Below, in pieces: positions 11,941 to 23,450 of a stretch of 64,000 bases of DNA (positions within the stretch are counted from its first letter, which is position 1; every line of letters starts with the position of its first letter). Under the pieces are notes generated by a model. That model made no database searches. It worked only from the letters and a program-made list of their open reading frames with translations, and was not told the DNA's origin. The translations under genes were made by a program, and so were the position numbers. Source of the DNA: an uncultured Planctomycetaceae bacterium (GTDB lineage: Bacteria; Planctomycetota; Planctomycetia; Planctomycetales; Planctomycetaceae); contig CAWFAK010000007.1 in NCBI GenBank assembly GCA_963813715.1, positions 800,001 through 864,000 on the forward strand, read 5' to 3'.

Positions 11941-12038
11941 AGGATTCTGAACAGGAGGAAACAGAGGTAACGGAGGGGGTGACGCAATACAGCATTTCTC
12001 CCAACTCTGTTACCTCTGTTTCCTCCTGTTCAAATCCT
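11941..12038. repeat. Long inverted-repeat (REP/MITE-like) element
   Basis: aggattctgaacaggaggaaacagaggtaacggag ... ctctgttacctctgtttcctcctgttcaaatcct; ~34-bp arms with one mismatch and one indel. Confidence 0.8.
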
Positions 12039-12097
12039 CTGAGCCGGATCCTCGGTCTTCGTGCCCAGTCCCATGCTTTCGGCGTTGCCGGGGATCT

Positions 12098-14330
12098 TTG
12101 CTCCCCCTTAGTGAATTCTCGGACCCCGTTTTTCGCAACTCTTTGTCCTTCCGCAATTTATTGGCTAAGGCCTTTCATCGCGAGGACTTAGGCCTGTCTG
12201 GTTGCAGCTCGTCATTCCCCGTTGTTACCCGTTATGAAGGCAATCGACCGGGACAAATCCGGGACACGTGCTGGGGTGGGGCTGCCTCATTCGGCGTGTG
12301 GATTCTGGTGATTCTTGGCGGCATTGCTGCTGCAGTTATCGCACCCGATCCGCCTCGCGACGGTCGGTCACGCTGCCGCTCCGAGATCGATGCCGATCGT
12401 CGCGTGCGCTACGAAAACGCAAGCCGAGAAATCGACGCAGCGGTCAGCGAAGCGCACCAAAAACTCCCCCGCAGTCCTGCGACAGCCGGCGGCGCCGTTT
12501 ACGCGCGCTTTAGTAGTTGGTCGCAGAACAGCACCGAGGATCAAGTGCGACAGATGCTTAAGTTCGCCGTTGAAAACGGAATCTTCGTGCCCCGCGAGCA
12601 CGTCTATTTCGACTTGGCCGTGAAGGGCTACAAGAATAATCGCCAAGGCCTCAACGCACTTCGTGATCTGCTCCGCGAAAAGAAGGTGAAGGTTCTTTTG
12701 CTTTTTGCGACTAACCGGCTTTTTCGCAAGGTCTATCGCACACTGGAGTTCGTCGAGCAGGTCGTCACGGAGCACGGAATACGCTGCGTGTTTGTTAAGA
12801 GTGCCATCGACACCGCCAGCAAGGGCAGATGCTGCTGCACATGCGGGCGATGATGGACGAGTTCCAGGTTAAGGTCAACGTGGAGCACATCCGCGCGGCA
12901 CTCGAAGGTCTGTTTCTGGAGGGATATGTCCGGGGCACTCTGGCGCTCGGTTACCGCGGAGAACCGGTGCCGGGCAAACTGACGAAGCGCGGCCTGCCTC
13001 GCCTTCGAATCGTCATCGACGCGGATGAGTTAAAAATTGTCACCCTCATCTTCGAGTGGTTTGTCCACGAGCGGAAATCGCTCGTCGGGATTGCTCAGAA
13101 ACTGAATGCTATGCCGGGCGTCCCGCAGCCACGCAAGTCGAATGGCAATGGGTGGAATCGGAACTCCGTGAGGGCGGTTCTCAGGCGGGCGGCATATCGG
13201 GGCCTTTGGACATTCTCGACGACAGAGAAGATTTTCCTGCCCTCGAAGGACTACGCTCGACAACTCCCGCGTGAAAAGCCGCTCAACGAGGTTACTTTCG
13301 AGAACCTGCGGATCGTCTCCGACGCATTGTGGTTCGCGGCACAGAAGCGACTGGCACAAAACACGTGTATTCGGGGCCGCAAGTCCAAGAAAGAGGACGC
13401 TGATCAATCGCTCCGTATCCTGAGCGGCCTCTGCTGGTGCCCGGAGCACGATCGTCCGCTGCGGGCAGACAGTGCGTACGGAAAGTACATGGGCTGTCCC
13501 ATTTGCGCGACATTGGAGCCGGGGACACGGCTTCTGTTTTCCAAACCGCGTCGGAAGGACGTGCTGCGGCTTCTCTGCGAGAAGTTGGCCGAGCTGATTC
13601 GCCAGGACGAGAATCTGGTCGAACGGATCATTTCGGCTGCTCAATCGCAAGCCGCTGCCGTTCAACGCCCCGATGAGTCAGAAGTCAAAGGGCTCGAAAA
13701 ATCCGTTGCCGAGCTGACCCGCAAAATTGACTTCAACATGCGGAATCCGGGTGAAACCGAGGAGGACGAGCAGGAGATTGCGGGGACGCTTCGCAATCTG
13801 CGTCGGGACCGGCAAAACATCAAGAATCAACTCGGCTTCCTTAAATCGGCCGCTACCGAACCGGTGCGTGTGCCGACGCGGGATGAGGCTCAACAGTTGC
13901 TTGACCGCTTCGACGACATTCTTCGTCGAGCCGCCGCTGGCCAGCTCCGGGACGATCAAGACGTGGCACGTGACATCCTGGAAACGTTAACCGGCGGCCG
14001 GATCGACATGTATCAGCAAGGCGAGCGGCGGCCCATGCACGGATGGCTTCAAGGCCGGTTCGCCGTAAGACTACTTGATGTTCTTGTCGAGAAGCTCGCG
14101 GGCGTGAGGCGGCACGGACAGTGGTGAAGGGCTCAAGATCTTCATCGATTTCAAACGCACGCGAAAAACCGATATCGACGCCGACAAGGCGATTCGGCAA
14201 TTGCTTGACGGACGGATGAACAAGGAGATCGCGGACAACCTGGAATGCGTCCCGAGCTATGTGACTCGTCTACTAAACATCGGTGCTCGACGCTTGGGTA
14301 CGACCGTGGAGGCGTTGCGAGCCCAACGCT
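12098..14330 (+). CDS. Large serine recombinase (resolvase, recombinase, Zn-ribbon, coiled coil, C-terminal HTH); frameshifts near 12830 and 14110; start uncertain; probable island integrase
   Basis: VYARFSS catalytic motif, TNRLFR, LALGY, IAQKLN...W.RNSVRAVLRRAAYRG, LSGLCWCPEH...GCPIC, tail NKEIADNLECVPSYVTRLL. Confidence 0.85.
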
Positions 14331-14557
14331 GCCGCCGCGGTGCTCAACGCGGCCGACAAGTCCGCCTCGGCAGGAAATCAAACCGCCGCCGAGGCCAACC
14401 GGGCCATGGCTTGGCTCAAGCAATCCATCGCCGCAGGCTACAAGGACGCGGCGCACATGAAGACGGACAACGACCTCGGCTTTCTTCGCGCGAGGACTTC
14501 AAGAAGCTGGTGTTGGAGCTAGAGCGAGTCCCAAATACAGCAAAGGCGCAGCTGTGA
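14330..14557 (+). pseudogene. Orphan C-terminal tail of a TPR Ser/Thr kinase
   Basis: EANRAMAWLKQSIAAGYKDAAHMKTDNDL..LR.REDFKKL resembles the tail of the kinase ending at 23231 (AADQAMAVLDKAVGAGFRNLDQISKDPNFDSLRPRDDFKKLL). Confidence 0.7.
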
Positions 14558-14653
14558 ATCGTCGCCGTGCCAGCCGAAAACCGAACGCCCTCGGTAGAAT
14601 GCTGCAACGCGCGCCCCCAGTCGGCTGCTGTGATGATTCAGGAATTTGGCAGA

Positions 14654-15213
14654 TGAGTGGCGATTACCTCTTGCGGACTTCCTGGCCCCTGGGCTTACTG
14701 GTCACCGCAATCGCTTTTTGCGGATGCGGCAGCCGCGCCGCGATTAAAGAGGCGATCAAGGAACAGTTAGCCGAAACCAAGGGAACCCAGGTCGAGGTCG
14801 CGAAATTCTCCGGCAATGTCACGATCGACGGCCAACCCCCCTCGGTTTCACCCGAGCACGTCCTGGTGCTCATCTTGTATAGCGCCATGGACGCACAACC
14901 CGGTCACGAGACGCTCTATCACACGACCTGCGATAAGGATGGTCGCTTCGAGTTCACGCGCTATACGAAAGGGGATGGCGTGCCGCCCGGTTCCTACACC
15001 GTGTTGTTCGACGAACTGATACGTCGCCGCGGCTCGCAGTTTATTGGCGCGGACGAGCTCAAGAATCTTTACAACGATCCGGACAATTCACCGTTTCACG
15101 TCGAAATCGCACCGCCCGGAAAGACCGACTGGGAATTCAATCTGGAGATTGCCGGTAAAGACCCCGTCGCCACGCCCGCATCGCATGCGATCACTCGCAT
15201 AATGAGGCGATGA
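14654..15213 (+). CDS. Lipoprotein with carboxypeptidase-regulatory-like (prealbumin) fold, planctomycete type
   Basis: Lipobox-like FCGCG; SGNVTIDGQP...TCDKDGRFEF...GDGVPPGSYTVLF. Confidence 0.7.
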
Positions 15214-15396
15214 CGTAGACCGTGAAGTCGGCGGCGGCGCCTTAGCACCGCCCGCCCACGAGCGGCTCCGGAGTTGGGACAACGCCGCCTACCGACGGAG
15301 TACCGATCCAACGCGGCGGAACCCCGCGGGTATTCGACCACTTTGGCTTGTTCACTGACGGGTCCCCCCCGGCGCAGGGTGCGCAGCGCCGCCGCA

Positions 15397-15600
15397 ATCC
15401 CGAAATCTCAACCCTTTTCCGGGAACACCATCTATGGACCGATAAGTGCGGACGCGACAGGCACCCGAAACTCATCCGTTTTGCGGCACGCTGTTCCGTG
15501 CACCAGATTGCCATACGCTTTGGCGGAATCCGGCCTCTCGCTGCGAGAGCGGATCAAACGCCCGGAAATCAGTGGCAGGATTCGAACGTTTTCCGGCGTG
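15397..15600 (+). repeat. res-like module-boundary site, full copy A1
   Basis: aatctcaacccttttccgg ... gaccgataag ... gaaactcatccgtttt ... attgccatacgcttt ... ttcgaacgttttcc; spacings 28/39/71. Confidence 0.85.
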
Positions 15601-15620
15601 GCACTGTCAATGGAGCTTGG

Positions 15621-16501
15621 TTACAGCGAGTTGGCGGTCGAGGTCGCGAGACGGTAGTTTTTCAGAATCTCTGCGGCTGTGAGACAGCGCGGATAGATTG
15701 CTACCTCATCCAGCCCGCCTCTCAAAAAACTCGTGAGGTCGCGACTGCCGAGTCGCAGTGGCGCCGTTCCGGCTCGGGGAGTTACGCGATACGAGCGATA
15801 CAGCGTGGGGGAACTGGGAGGGCCGTTCCTGAGCACTCCGTCGCGATAGATGAAGACGCCCGCGTTGTTGCCCGGCGGTTGATACACGGCCACGACATTG
15901 ATCCACTTGCCAGCAACGATCGGATCCTCGAAATGCGCTCCGGCCCCTTCCGCTCCGTGGGGATTCCAGATGTACGCTGAGATGCGATTGGGGCGGCTCG
16001 AGTCTTTCCTGTAAAACCGAAAGCCCCATTCGAATGCGCCCGCCTCCCCCTTGCCGAGCCAGTGGATATATTCCGAGTTGCGCTGGCAAGGGAAAGTCAG
16101 CGCGTCTGGACGCAACCAGGCCTGCACGGTTAAGCCCATGGTGCCGACGCTGAAATCGCTCTGGGTGGGAATCTCGACGTAGGATCGGCCGTCAAGGCCG
16201 ACGGCCGTGTTGGCGTCACGCCGAATCGCCCCGGGCTCGCCGAGCGCGGCGCTCCATGGTAGACGCCGCTATTCTGAAAGCCGGACGAGTCAAGGGCCGT
16301 GGGTGTGTTTCTCTCGCCCAAGCGCCAATATCCGGCTGGCCTGAGGGAAATCACATGCTGGCTGTAGGCCGAGTTGGCGACGGGCGCTGCGGGCCGCCGA
16401 CCGCCTGCCACAATCGCCCGACGGTTCGTCAGCTCCACGCTGGCTAAGCCGGCTAGAGCGAGCTTCAGCCACTCGCGCCGAGTGAGATCAGATGCGTTCA
16501 T
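15621..16501 (-). CDS. Tat-signal LamG/concanavalin-A-like domain protein, frameshifted near 16240
   Basis: TRREWLK signal; GYWRLGE...ALDSSG; TVQAWLRP, WINVVAVY, GGLDEVAIYPRCLTAAEI. Confidence 0.8.
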
Positions 16502-16684
16502 GAGCTGTTCCTTCCTGAGCCCCGTTTGAATCTGCAGAGCGCCGATTCTTGTCAGGTCCCCGCGGGCCGCGCAAACGAAGGATTGCGATTCGATCACTTT
16601 GGCTCTCGGGCACCGGAGGACTGTGACTTTTGATCGGGAAAACGCACTCGATCGAGCTTCGCGGACGATGAAACAGGTGCATCG

Positions 16685-17467
16685 CTAGCGACGAGCATTG
16701 GTGCTGTTCTCAGGATGTTCAGTTCTAGTTTGCGGGTGGATCGCGCGCTTGTTCGCTGTGTGCGTCTCGGCTCGCCTTTCGACGACGCTGGGCGCGTGAG
16801 CCGGAATGGCATTGCGGACAAGATTGTTCCTCAGAATTGCTTCTCCCCGCGGACTTCGGAAGAACGTGTGGACTCGCTCGAGGAACGGGCGATTAAGCTG
16901 CGCCAGCTGAAGCAACCGCGGTAGCTCGACGACCTGCGCGAAGGTCATGTTTACCTGCAGGATTCGCGGAACCGGCTCAAAGATCGTCAGGCTTCGAGGA
17001 ATCGTCACGAATCCACTGGGGTTGGCGACGAGCACGTACTCGCCTGAACCGGCGACGAAGAGGAGGTCCTGCACGGTGCCAATCGCAACGCCACCGGCCA
17101 GGATTGCCCTCGAGCCGATGATATGGCTGCCGCGAATCAGACTCAGACTCGGGACCCCGGCAACAGGAACCGCTTGCTCTCCGGCCGCCGGGACCGGTTG
17201 GACCGGGGCTGCTGGGAGCGGTTGGGCCGCCGCGGATGGGCCCGGTACGGCGGGAAGCGCTTGGACTGGGGCCACGGGAACCGGTTGGGCGCCGGCTGCC
17301 GGAAGCGGCTGGGCTGGGGCTGCCGGGACTGGAACCGCCGGGGTCGGTTCTGGAACCTGGACAGGTGGATCGGCGCTGGCCGGCGCTTGGCCGAACGAAA
17401 CTTCAGTTGCCGACAGGGCGAGGCAGCCAACGAGAGCAATCACGGCACAGCAACGGATGGTGTTCAT
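16685..17467 (-). CDS. Secreted protein with Pro/Ala-rich repeats and a PRC-barrel-like domain
   Basis: Signal peptide, QPLPAA/QPVPAA repeats, IIGSRAIL..GVAIGTVQDLLF..EYVLV. Confidence 0.6.
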   Translation of the reverse strand: MNTIRCCAVIALVGCLALSATEVSFGQAPASADPPVQVPEPTPAVPVPAAPAQPLPAAGAQPVPVAPVQALPAVPGPSAAAQPLPAAPVQPVPAAGEQAVPVAGVPSLSLIRGSHIIGSRAILAGGVAIGTVQDLLFVAGSGEYVLVANPSGFVTIPRSLTIFEPVPRILQVNMTFAQVVELPRLLQLAQLNRPFLERVHTFFRSPRGEAILRNNLVRNAIPAHAPSVVERRAETHTANKRAIHPQTRTEHPENSTNARR

Positions 17468-17675
17468 TGGGATTCCTTATATTTTGCGTCGCGTCAAGTC
17501 CCTTGGTGGAAGGGCGCGACCATTATCGTTTGGAGGCATTACAGGCAGATTCGAAAGGTTTACGTCTGCGACACAGCGACTTGATTTCGGCCGCAAAGCC
17601 AATGCGCCCCGGGGACCAGACAGCGATCCCCGAGGCGTGACGACCATTGGACCAAAGCCATGGAGCCGGCGTCGG

Positions 17676-18736
17676 TCAGCGGCCAGTCCGGGCTTTTCTG
17701 GCGACGGCCGGAGACGCGGGCGCTGACGGCGAGGGGCTGGCTCCGCCTCGCGTCAGTTTGACGAACAGCTGGTAGCTGCCGGCATTGTCTGTGAAGACCG
17801 AATCCCAGGCCAAGATGTAAGCGACTCCGCCGGTTGAGCAGGTACCCACGTTGGGAACGTTGTGGCCCAGGAAGAAAAACGGAGGGTTGTTACTCATCGA
17901 TTGGTAGACCGACGGCAGAGTTCGCGCCTGCCCAATGGCGCGCGGCATGGTTGCCCATAGAGTGCGGTGGCTCCCATCGCCACTGTAATAGGTGCCTTCA
18001 CCTTGAGGCAGACAAACAACCACACCCCCCTGTTCGCACGAAATACCCCCCGAAGAAGGTTCCACTCCGAAGGGATCGCGGAACATTTCTGCAGCGCCTC
18101 CCTTAAGGAAGCCCTGAGCAAATTGCGCCGCGTCCGTAATCGCCGAATTGGCACTCGTGCTGCCAGTCTCTGCATCGACGACGGCCTCGGTGCCGTCGGC
18201 GACGAGGCCGATGATGCTCGAGAGAGTCGGATCGCCCGAGCTCTTGGAAAAGGAGCAGATCCCGAGGCGCTCATGATCTGGATGGTGTCTCCTGCCTGGA
18301 GTCCTGTAATCGACACGCCAAGGGGATCGGCCACGTTGATAAAGACCGCGACGAGACACGACGGCTGCGAGCGGTCCCAATCGAATTCTTTGCCGAATCC
18401 CGACGGTGCGGTGCCTACGGTGACGACGGTCGAAGTGCTCGATTGATTCGTGGCGCGGCTTACGGCCCGCAGACGTTGAGGCGTTGCCTTGTGCAGCGAT
18501 CCCGCGAGCTTGAGGTAGGAACTGTTGACGCCGCCGGTAGAGCCGGCAGCGTTCTTCGCCGCCCCACTGGTCTGCGTCGCGGGCGTGCCCCCGAACGGAA
18601 TCCGGCCGTTCTTCTTAATTGCGGCCTCGATAGCCGCGATGGCTTGTTTACTATCGGCGCGAACGTGCGTTGTGGCGAGTGTTAGCGCAACCGCCAACCC
18701 GACCGTCGTAAGCCGACCGAAACGAATGCGTGTCAT
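17676..18736 (-). CDS. Secreted hypothetical protein, frameshifted near 18260
   Basis: Signal peptide MTRIRFGRLTTVGLAVALTLATTHVRA; coding continues in ORF 17676-18380 to ...DNAGSYQLFVKLTR. Confidence 0.6.
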
Positions 18737-18819
18737 GGGGATCCGCTCGCTTTCTGGGACGTTGTCCTGTTTGAAAATGGGTTCCGAAATCCCGGCCTCG
18801 ATTGAGCCCTCTTCCACTA

Positions 18820-18845
18820 GTGCGAAATCGCTTATCGATCTGCCG
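18820..18845 (-). promoter_or_regulatory. Putative ECF promoter motif
   Basis: Minus strand T-tract-cggcagatcg-N11-cgcac upstream of the 18736 start; matches 19538, 23352 and 24767. Confidence 0.6.
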
Positions 18846-18962
18846 AAAAAAAATGACAATTCTTCAAACCGCGATGGGAGATTAGGCGCGATGCGACGAA
18901 CATCGATGGGTCGTCGGTAATTCTTTCGAGCCCGATGTGCCGAAGCCGGTATACTCGATTGA

Positions 18963-19511
18963 ATGAGCGACGTGACGCGAATTCTCAACGCGATCGAACA
19001 GGGCGATTCTGAGGCGTCGGAGCAGCTCTTGCCGCTCGTTTATGACGCACTCCGCAGGCTCGCCGCTCATCGGATGGCGCAGGAGCGGCCCGGACAGACA
19101 CTCGACGCGACGGCTCTGGTGCACGAAGCCTATCTGCGGCTTGTCGAAGTTCCCGAGGTCGGGCAGTGGCACGGACGCGGGCACTTCTTTGCGGCCGCGG
19201 CCGAGGCGATGCGGCGGATCCTGGTCGACAATGCCCGCCGCAAGAGTTCCGTGAAACATGGCGGGCAGCGGCAGAGAGTTCCCGTAACGGACATCGCCGA
19301 CGAGAACGATGAGGGCCCGTTATTGGCGTTGGACGCCGCGTTGACCCGGCTTGCGGCTGAGGATCGTGTGGCTGCGAAAATCGTCGAAATGCATCATTTC
19401 GGCGGCTTGAGCCACGAGGTGATTGCCGATTCGCTGGGGCTGACGGTCTACCGGGTTCGCCAGAAATGGACCTACGCCCAGGTTTGGCTGCGGGACGCCA
19501 TCGAACGCTGA
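18963..19511 (+). CDS. ECF sigma factor, planctomycete TIGR02999-like family
   Basis: MSDVTRIL..IEQGD..ASEQLLPLVY..LRRLA...QTL.ATALVHEAYLRL...HFFAAAAEAMRRILVDNARRK. Confidence 0.93.
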   Translation: MSDVTRILNAIEQGDSEASEQLLPLVYDALRRLAAHRMAQERPGQTLDATALVHEAYLRLVEVPEVGQWHGRGHFFAAAAEAMRRILVDNARRKSSVKHGGQRQRVPVTDIADENDEGPLLALDAALTRLAAEDRVAAKIVEMHHFGGLSHEVIADSLGLTVYRVRQKWTYAQVWLRDAIER

Positions 19512-19537
19512 ACTCAGCATCATCGGTGTTTTTTTTT

Positions 19538-19564
19538 CGACAGATCGGTCAGCGGATTTCGCAT
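19538..19564 (+). promoter_or_regulatory. Putative ECF promoter motif
   Basis: T-tract-cgacagatcg-N12-cgcat directly upstream of the kinase ATG at 19593. Confidence 0.6.
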
Positions 19565-19592
19565 GAATAAAGGAAGCGCCTAAGGATCCTTC

Positions 19593-22500
19593 ATGCCGCT
19601 CGACCCCGATCGTGTCCAGGCTATCTTTCTAGCTGCCGTCGAAGCTGAGGATCTGGCGCAGCGCCTCCGAAGTCCTAAATGCCCAATGCGCTGACGACGC
19701 GCAACTGCGCGCCCGTGTCGAGGCGCTCCTGCGGCTGCATGATCAATCGCGCGAACTGCCCGAAGTCGGGACTCTCAACATCGCGCGGGAACGGGAGGCG
19801 CCGGCAATGGAGCCATCAGCCGCGAGTGCCGGCAAAATCATCGCGGGCCGCTACCGGTTGCTGGAAGAAATCGGCGAAGGAGGAATGGGAACCGTTTGGG
19901 TCGCCGAACAGATTCAACCGGTTCGGCGCCGCGTGGCGATCAAGCTCATCAAGTTGGGAATGGACACCCGTCAGGTCCTCTCGCGCTTCGAGCTCGAGCG
20001 CCAAGCGCTGGCCGTCATGGATCATCCGAACATCGCCAAAGTGCTTGACGGCGGAGTGACCGACCAGGGGTGTCCGTTCTTCGCGATGGAGTACGTCAAA
20101 GGCGTGCCCATCACCGAGTATTGCGATCAGGCCAGAGTCAGCGTCGAGGCCCGGCTTCGACTTTTTGTGCAGGTCTGTCAGGCCGTGCAGCACGCGCACC
20201 AAAAGGGAATTATTCACCGCGATTTAAAGCCCTCCAACATTCTGGTCTGCCCCTATGACGGTCGGCCAGTTCCCAAAGTCATCGACTTTGGCCTGGCCAA
20301 GGCGATCAACCAGCCGCTCACGGAAAACACGCTGTATACAGCGCACGGCGTCATGGTTGGGACGCCCTTGTACATGAGTCCCGAGCAGGCGGAGTTCAAT
20401 AACCTCGACGTCGATACTCGCTCCGACATTTATTCGTTGGGCGTCATTCTCTACGAACTCTTGACCGGAACGACACCCCTCGACCGGAAGCGGTTCAAGG
20501 ATGCGGCCTGGCAGGAAATCGTCAGGTTGATCAAGGAGGAGGAACCGAGCAAGCCGAGCACCAAGCTCAGCGGGTCGGGCTCATTGCCTGCCGTTGCCGC
20601 CCAGGCGCAGTTTGGAGCCGGCACAATTGACCCGCTTGGTGCGCGGCGATCTCGACTGGATCGTCATGAAAGCGCTCGACAAAGATCGCTCCCGCCGATA
20701 CGAGACGGCCAACGGCTTGGCGCGAGACCTCGAGCGATATTTGGCCGACGAAGTGGTCGAGGCCCGGCCCCCTTCGGCCGGCTACCGGCTCCTCAAGTTC
20801 GTTCGTCGCAACCGACGAGTCGTGGCTGCCGTGGGGCTGATTGCGCTGACCCTCGTCGCCGGCATCATCGGCACGACGTGGGGAATGTTGAGCGCGGTAC
20901 AAGCTCAAAAGGCTGAAGCTATCCGCGCGGAGGGGGAACGACTCGCCAAGCTTGACGCGGACGAACAGAAATCGAAAGCGATCGCAGCCAACGGACGGGC
21001 GCAAAAGTCGCGCGATCGGGCTGAGCGGCGATTCGAGCTCGCTGTCGAAGCGATCGAGAATTTCCGCTCCGTCGTCGACCGGAATCTCGACGTCAAAAAC
21101 CGACCGGAAAACGAAGCGTTGCGCAAGGCGCTGTTGCAGGCCCCTCTCGGCTACTACCAGAAGTTGCGGGACGATTTGAATGCCGGCGGGGACGCCAGCC
21201 CTGAGACGCGGACGCAACTTGGCGACGCGTATCTCAAGGTGGGCTCGCTCAACTACGACATCGGCTCGCAGGCCGACGCGCTCAAGGAGCTCGACGAGGC
21301 GGCGAACCTTTATGAGCGATTATTTCGGGAGGCACCGGCCGAACAAAAGCCCAAATACCGTGCCCGGCTCGCCCGGACGCTCGCCGAGCGCGGGGAACTC
21401 CAATCCTCCAGCTCGAATATGAACGCGCAGGCATTCGAATCGCTCCATCGCAGCCGGGAGCTGCAGGAAGCCTGCCTCCGCGACAACCCAGCAGACGTGA
21501 GTGCGCAGAACACTGGCCCGGGTGCTCTACAGTCTGGCCGGGCTCGAAGGCCGCAAAGGAAAGCTCGACTGGCGCTCAACACACTGAAAGCGAGCCAAGC
21601 GTCACTGGAAGAAGGTTGCCGACAAGCGCCGGACGATGTGGGGTTACAGACCTTGCTCGCCGGAGTGCATTTAAGGAGAAGCGAGCTTCTTTCCGAGCAG
21701 CGAGGCCGACTGGCGGACGCCCAGGATGCTGCGCAAACGGCGCTGCAATTCATCGAGGGACTCGTCCGCTCGCATCCCGATTCGGTGGAATGCAAACAGG
21801 AGTTGGCTCGGGCCTATTCGCGCCTGGGAATCATCAACCAGCGCCAAGGCGCCCAGGATCGGGCGCTCGAGCTTTTCAGCAAACAGGCCAGCACGTTCGA
21901 AGAGATGGTCCGCCTGCAGCCGACGCGCAACCATCTCAAGCTCGATCATGCTCTTGCGCTGGGCGGTCTGGCATCTGCCCAGTACCACCTCGGGCGGAAT
22001 GAAGAGGGACTGGCCAATCTGCAACGAGGGCGCGACCTCGCGGCGGCGCTCGTTCGCGAAAATCCGACGAATCTGACCTTTAAACGAGCGCTCAGCACTT
22101 TGGACAGCCGCAGGGTTTTTCCGCTTCATTCGATGGGACGCGTGGCGGAGGCGTTGGCGGCCGCGGAGTCCAGCACGACCTTTCTGGAGGAGGTCAACCG
22201 GGCCGAACCTGACGATTTGGGAGCGCTCAAGGATTTAGCGGGGGCTCACTATAACTGCGCACTTCTCAGCAGAGAATTGGGGCGCATCGACGCAGCGGAG
22301 GCGGAGTACAAGAAGGCTCTCGTCCTCCGGGAGCGTCTCGCGCAAAAGCACCCCGACGATCCTTCAATCATCGACACCATTGCGACAACGTTGGGGAACA
22401 TCGGCGTCTGTCAGGAAGACCGCGAGCATTTTGCCGAGGCGAAGGTGTCGTATCAGGGCGCCGTGGACTCCTTACAGAAGCTGTGCGCCGCCCATCCCGA

Positions 22501-23231
22501 CAGTGCTGCCGCTCAAAACCACTTTGCGCGGGCCCGACAGAATCTCGGCAACGTGCTGGCCAGGCTGGGTAAACCGGAGGAGGCGCTTGTCCCCCTCCTG
22601 CGCGGCTCAAGAAGCGAGCGAACGCCTCGCCCGGGAGCATCCGGGCGTTGTGGAATACCAGGACGACGTGGCCCGGGGCTTCCAATACCTCGCCGCGGCC
22701 CTGGCTCGATTGGGCCACGTCCGTGATGCCGAGAAATACTACTCCGAGGCAATTCGCGTCCGCGAGCAAACTCTTCAATCACATCCGACTGATTCCCAAA
22801 ACCTCGCCAGGCTCTTCACACTGTTCAACGAACGAGGAGACTTCGAGCTTGCGAGCCATCAGGCTGCGGCCGCCGTCGCCTCTTACCGAAACGCGGTCAA
22901 ACTGATCGAAGGCCAACCGCACGCGACAAGCGAGCAGCTCTACGACCTTGCGGCCGTCCATGCCAAGCTCGCAAGGAACGGCAGCAAAAGCGGCTTAGGG
23001 TTGAAAGCCGACGAGACGCGCGTCGCCGCCGACCAGGCGATGGCAGTGCTCGACAAGGCAGTCGGAGCCGGTTTCCGCAACCTCGACCAGATCAGCAAGG
23101 ACCCGAATTTCGACAGCTTGCGCCCGCGTGACGATTTCAAGAAGCTGCTCGAACGCTTAGGTCCCCGCTCAAAGCCCGCATCCGGTTCTGGAGGCTCGGG
23201 CGACGCAAACGGCCACGTGAGCGGAAGATAG
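19593..23231 (+). CDS. Ser/Thr protein kinase with TM segment and TPR repeats, several frameshifts
   Basis: [65 protein letters not shown] repeats. Confidence 0.9.
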
Positions 23232-23351
23232 TCCGGCGAGAATGTCGGCGCCGCGCCCAGTCATTGCGGCCGTAGGCACGCAATCGGAGGGCCGCCCCAA
23301 CGCCTCGGTGGGACAATCTTGACACTCGATCACGAATTTTTCATTTCTTTT

Positions 23352-23377
23352 CGACAGATCGACGGCGGATTTCGCAT
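23352..23377 (+). promoter_or_regulatory. Putative ECF promoter motif
   Basis: tttt-cgacagatcg-N11-cgcat upstream of the 23451 GTG. Confidence 0.6.
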
Positions 23378-23450
23378 GACAGGTGGACGGGTCAATGCAA
23401 CCCGAAGATCCCTCGAACCGGAACCACCAACTCCAAGTAGGAGGCCAGTC

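Noticed and set aside
17545..17565. Possible extra subsite-4-like motif cagattcgaaaggttta
   Set aside because: No companion subsites at the expected spacing
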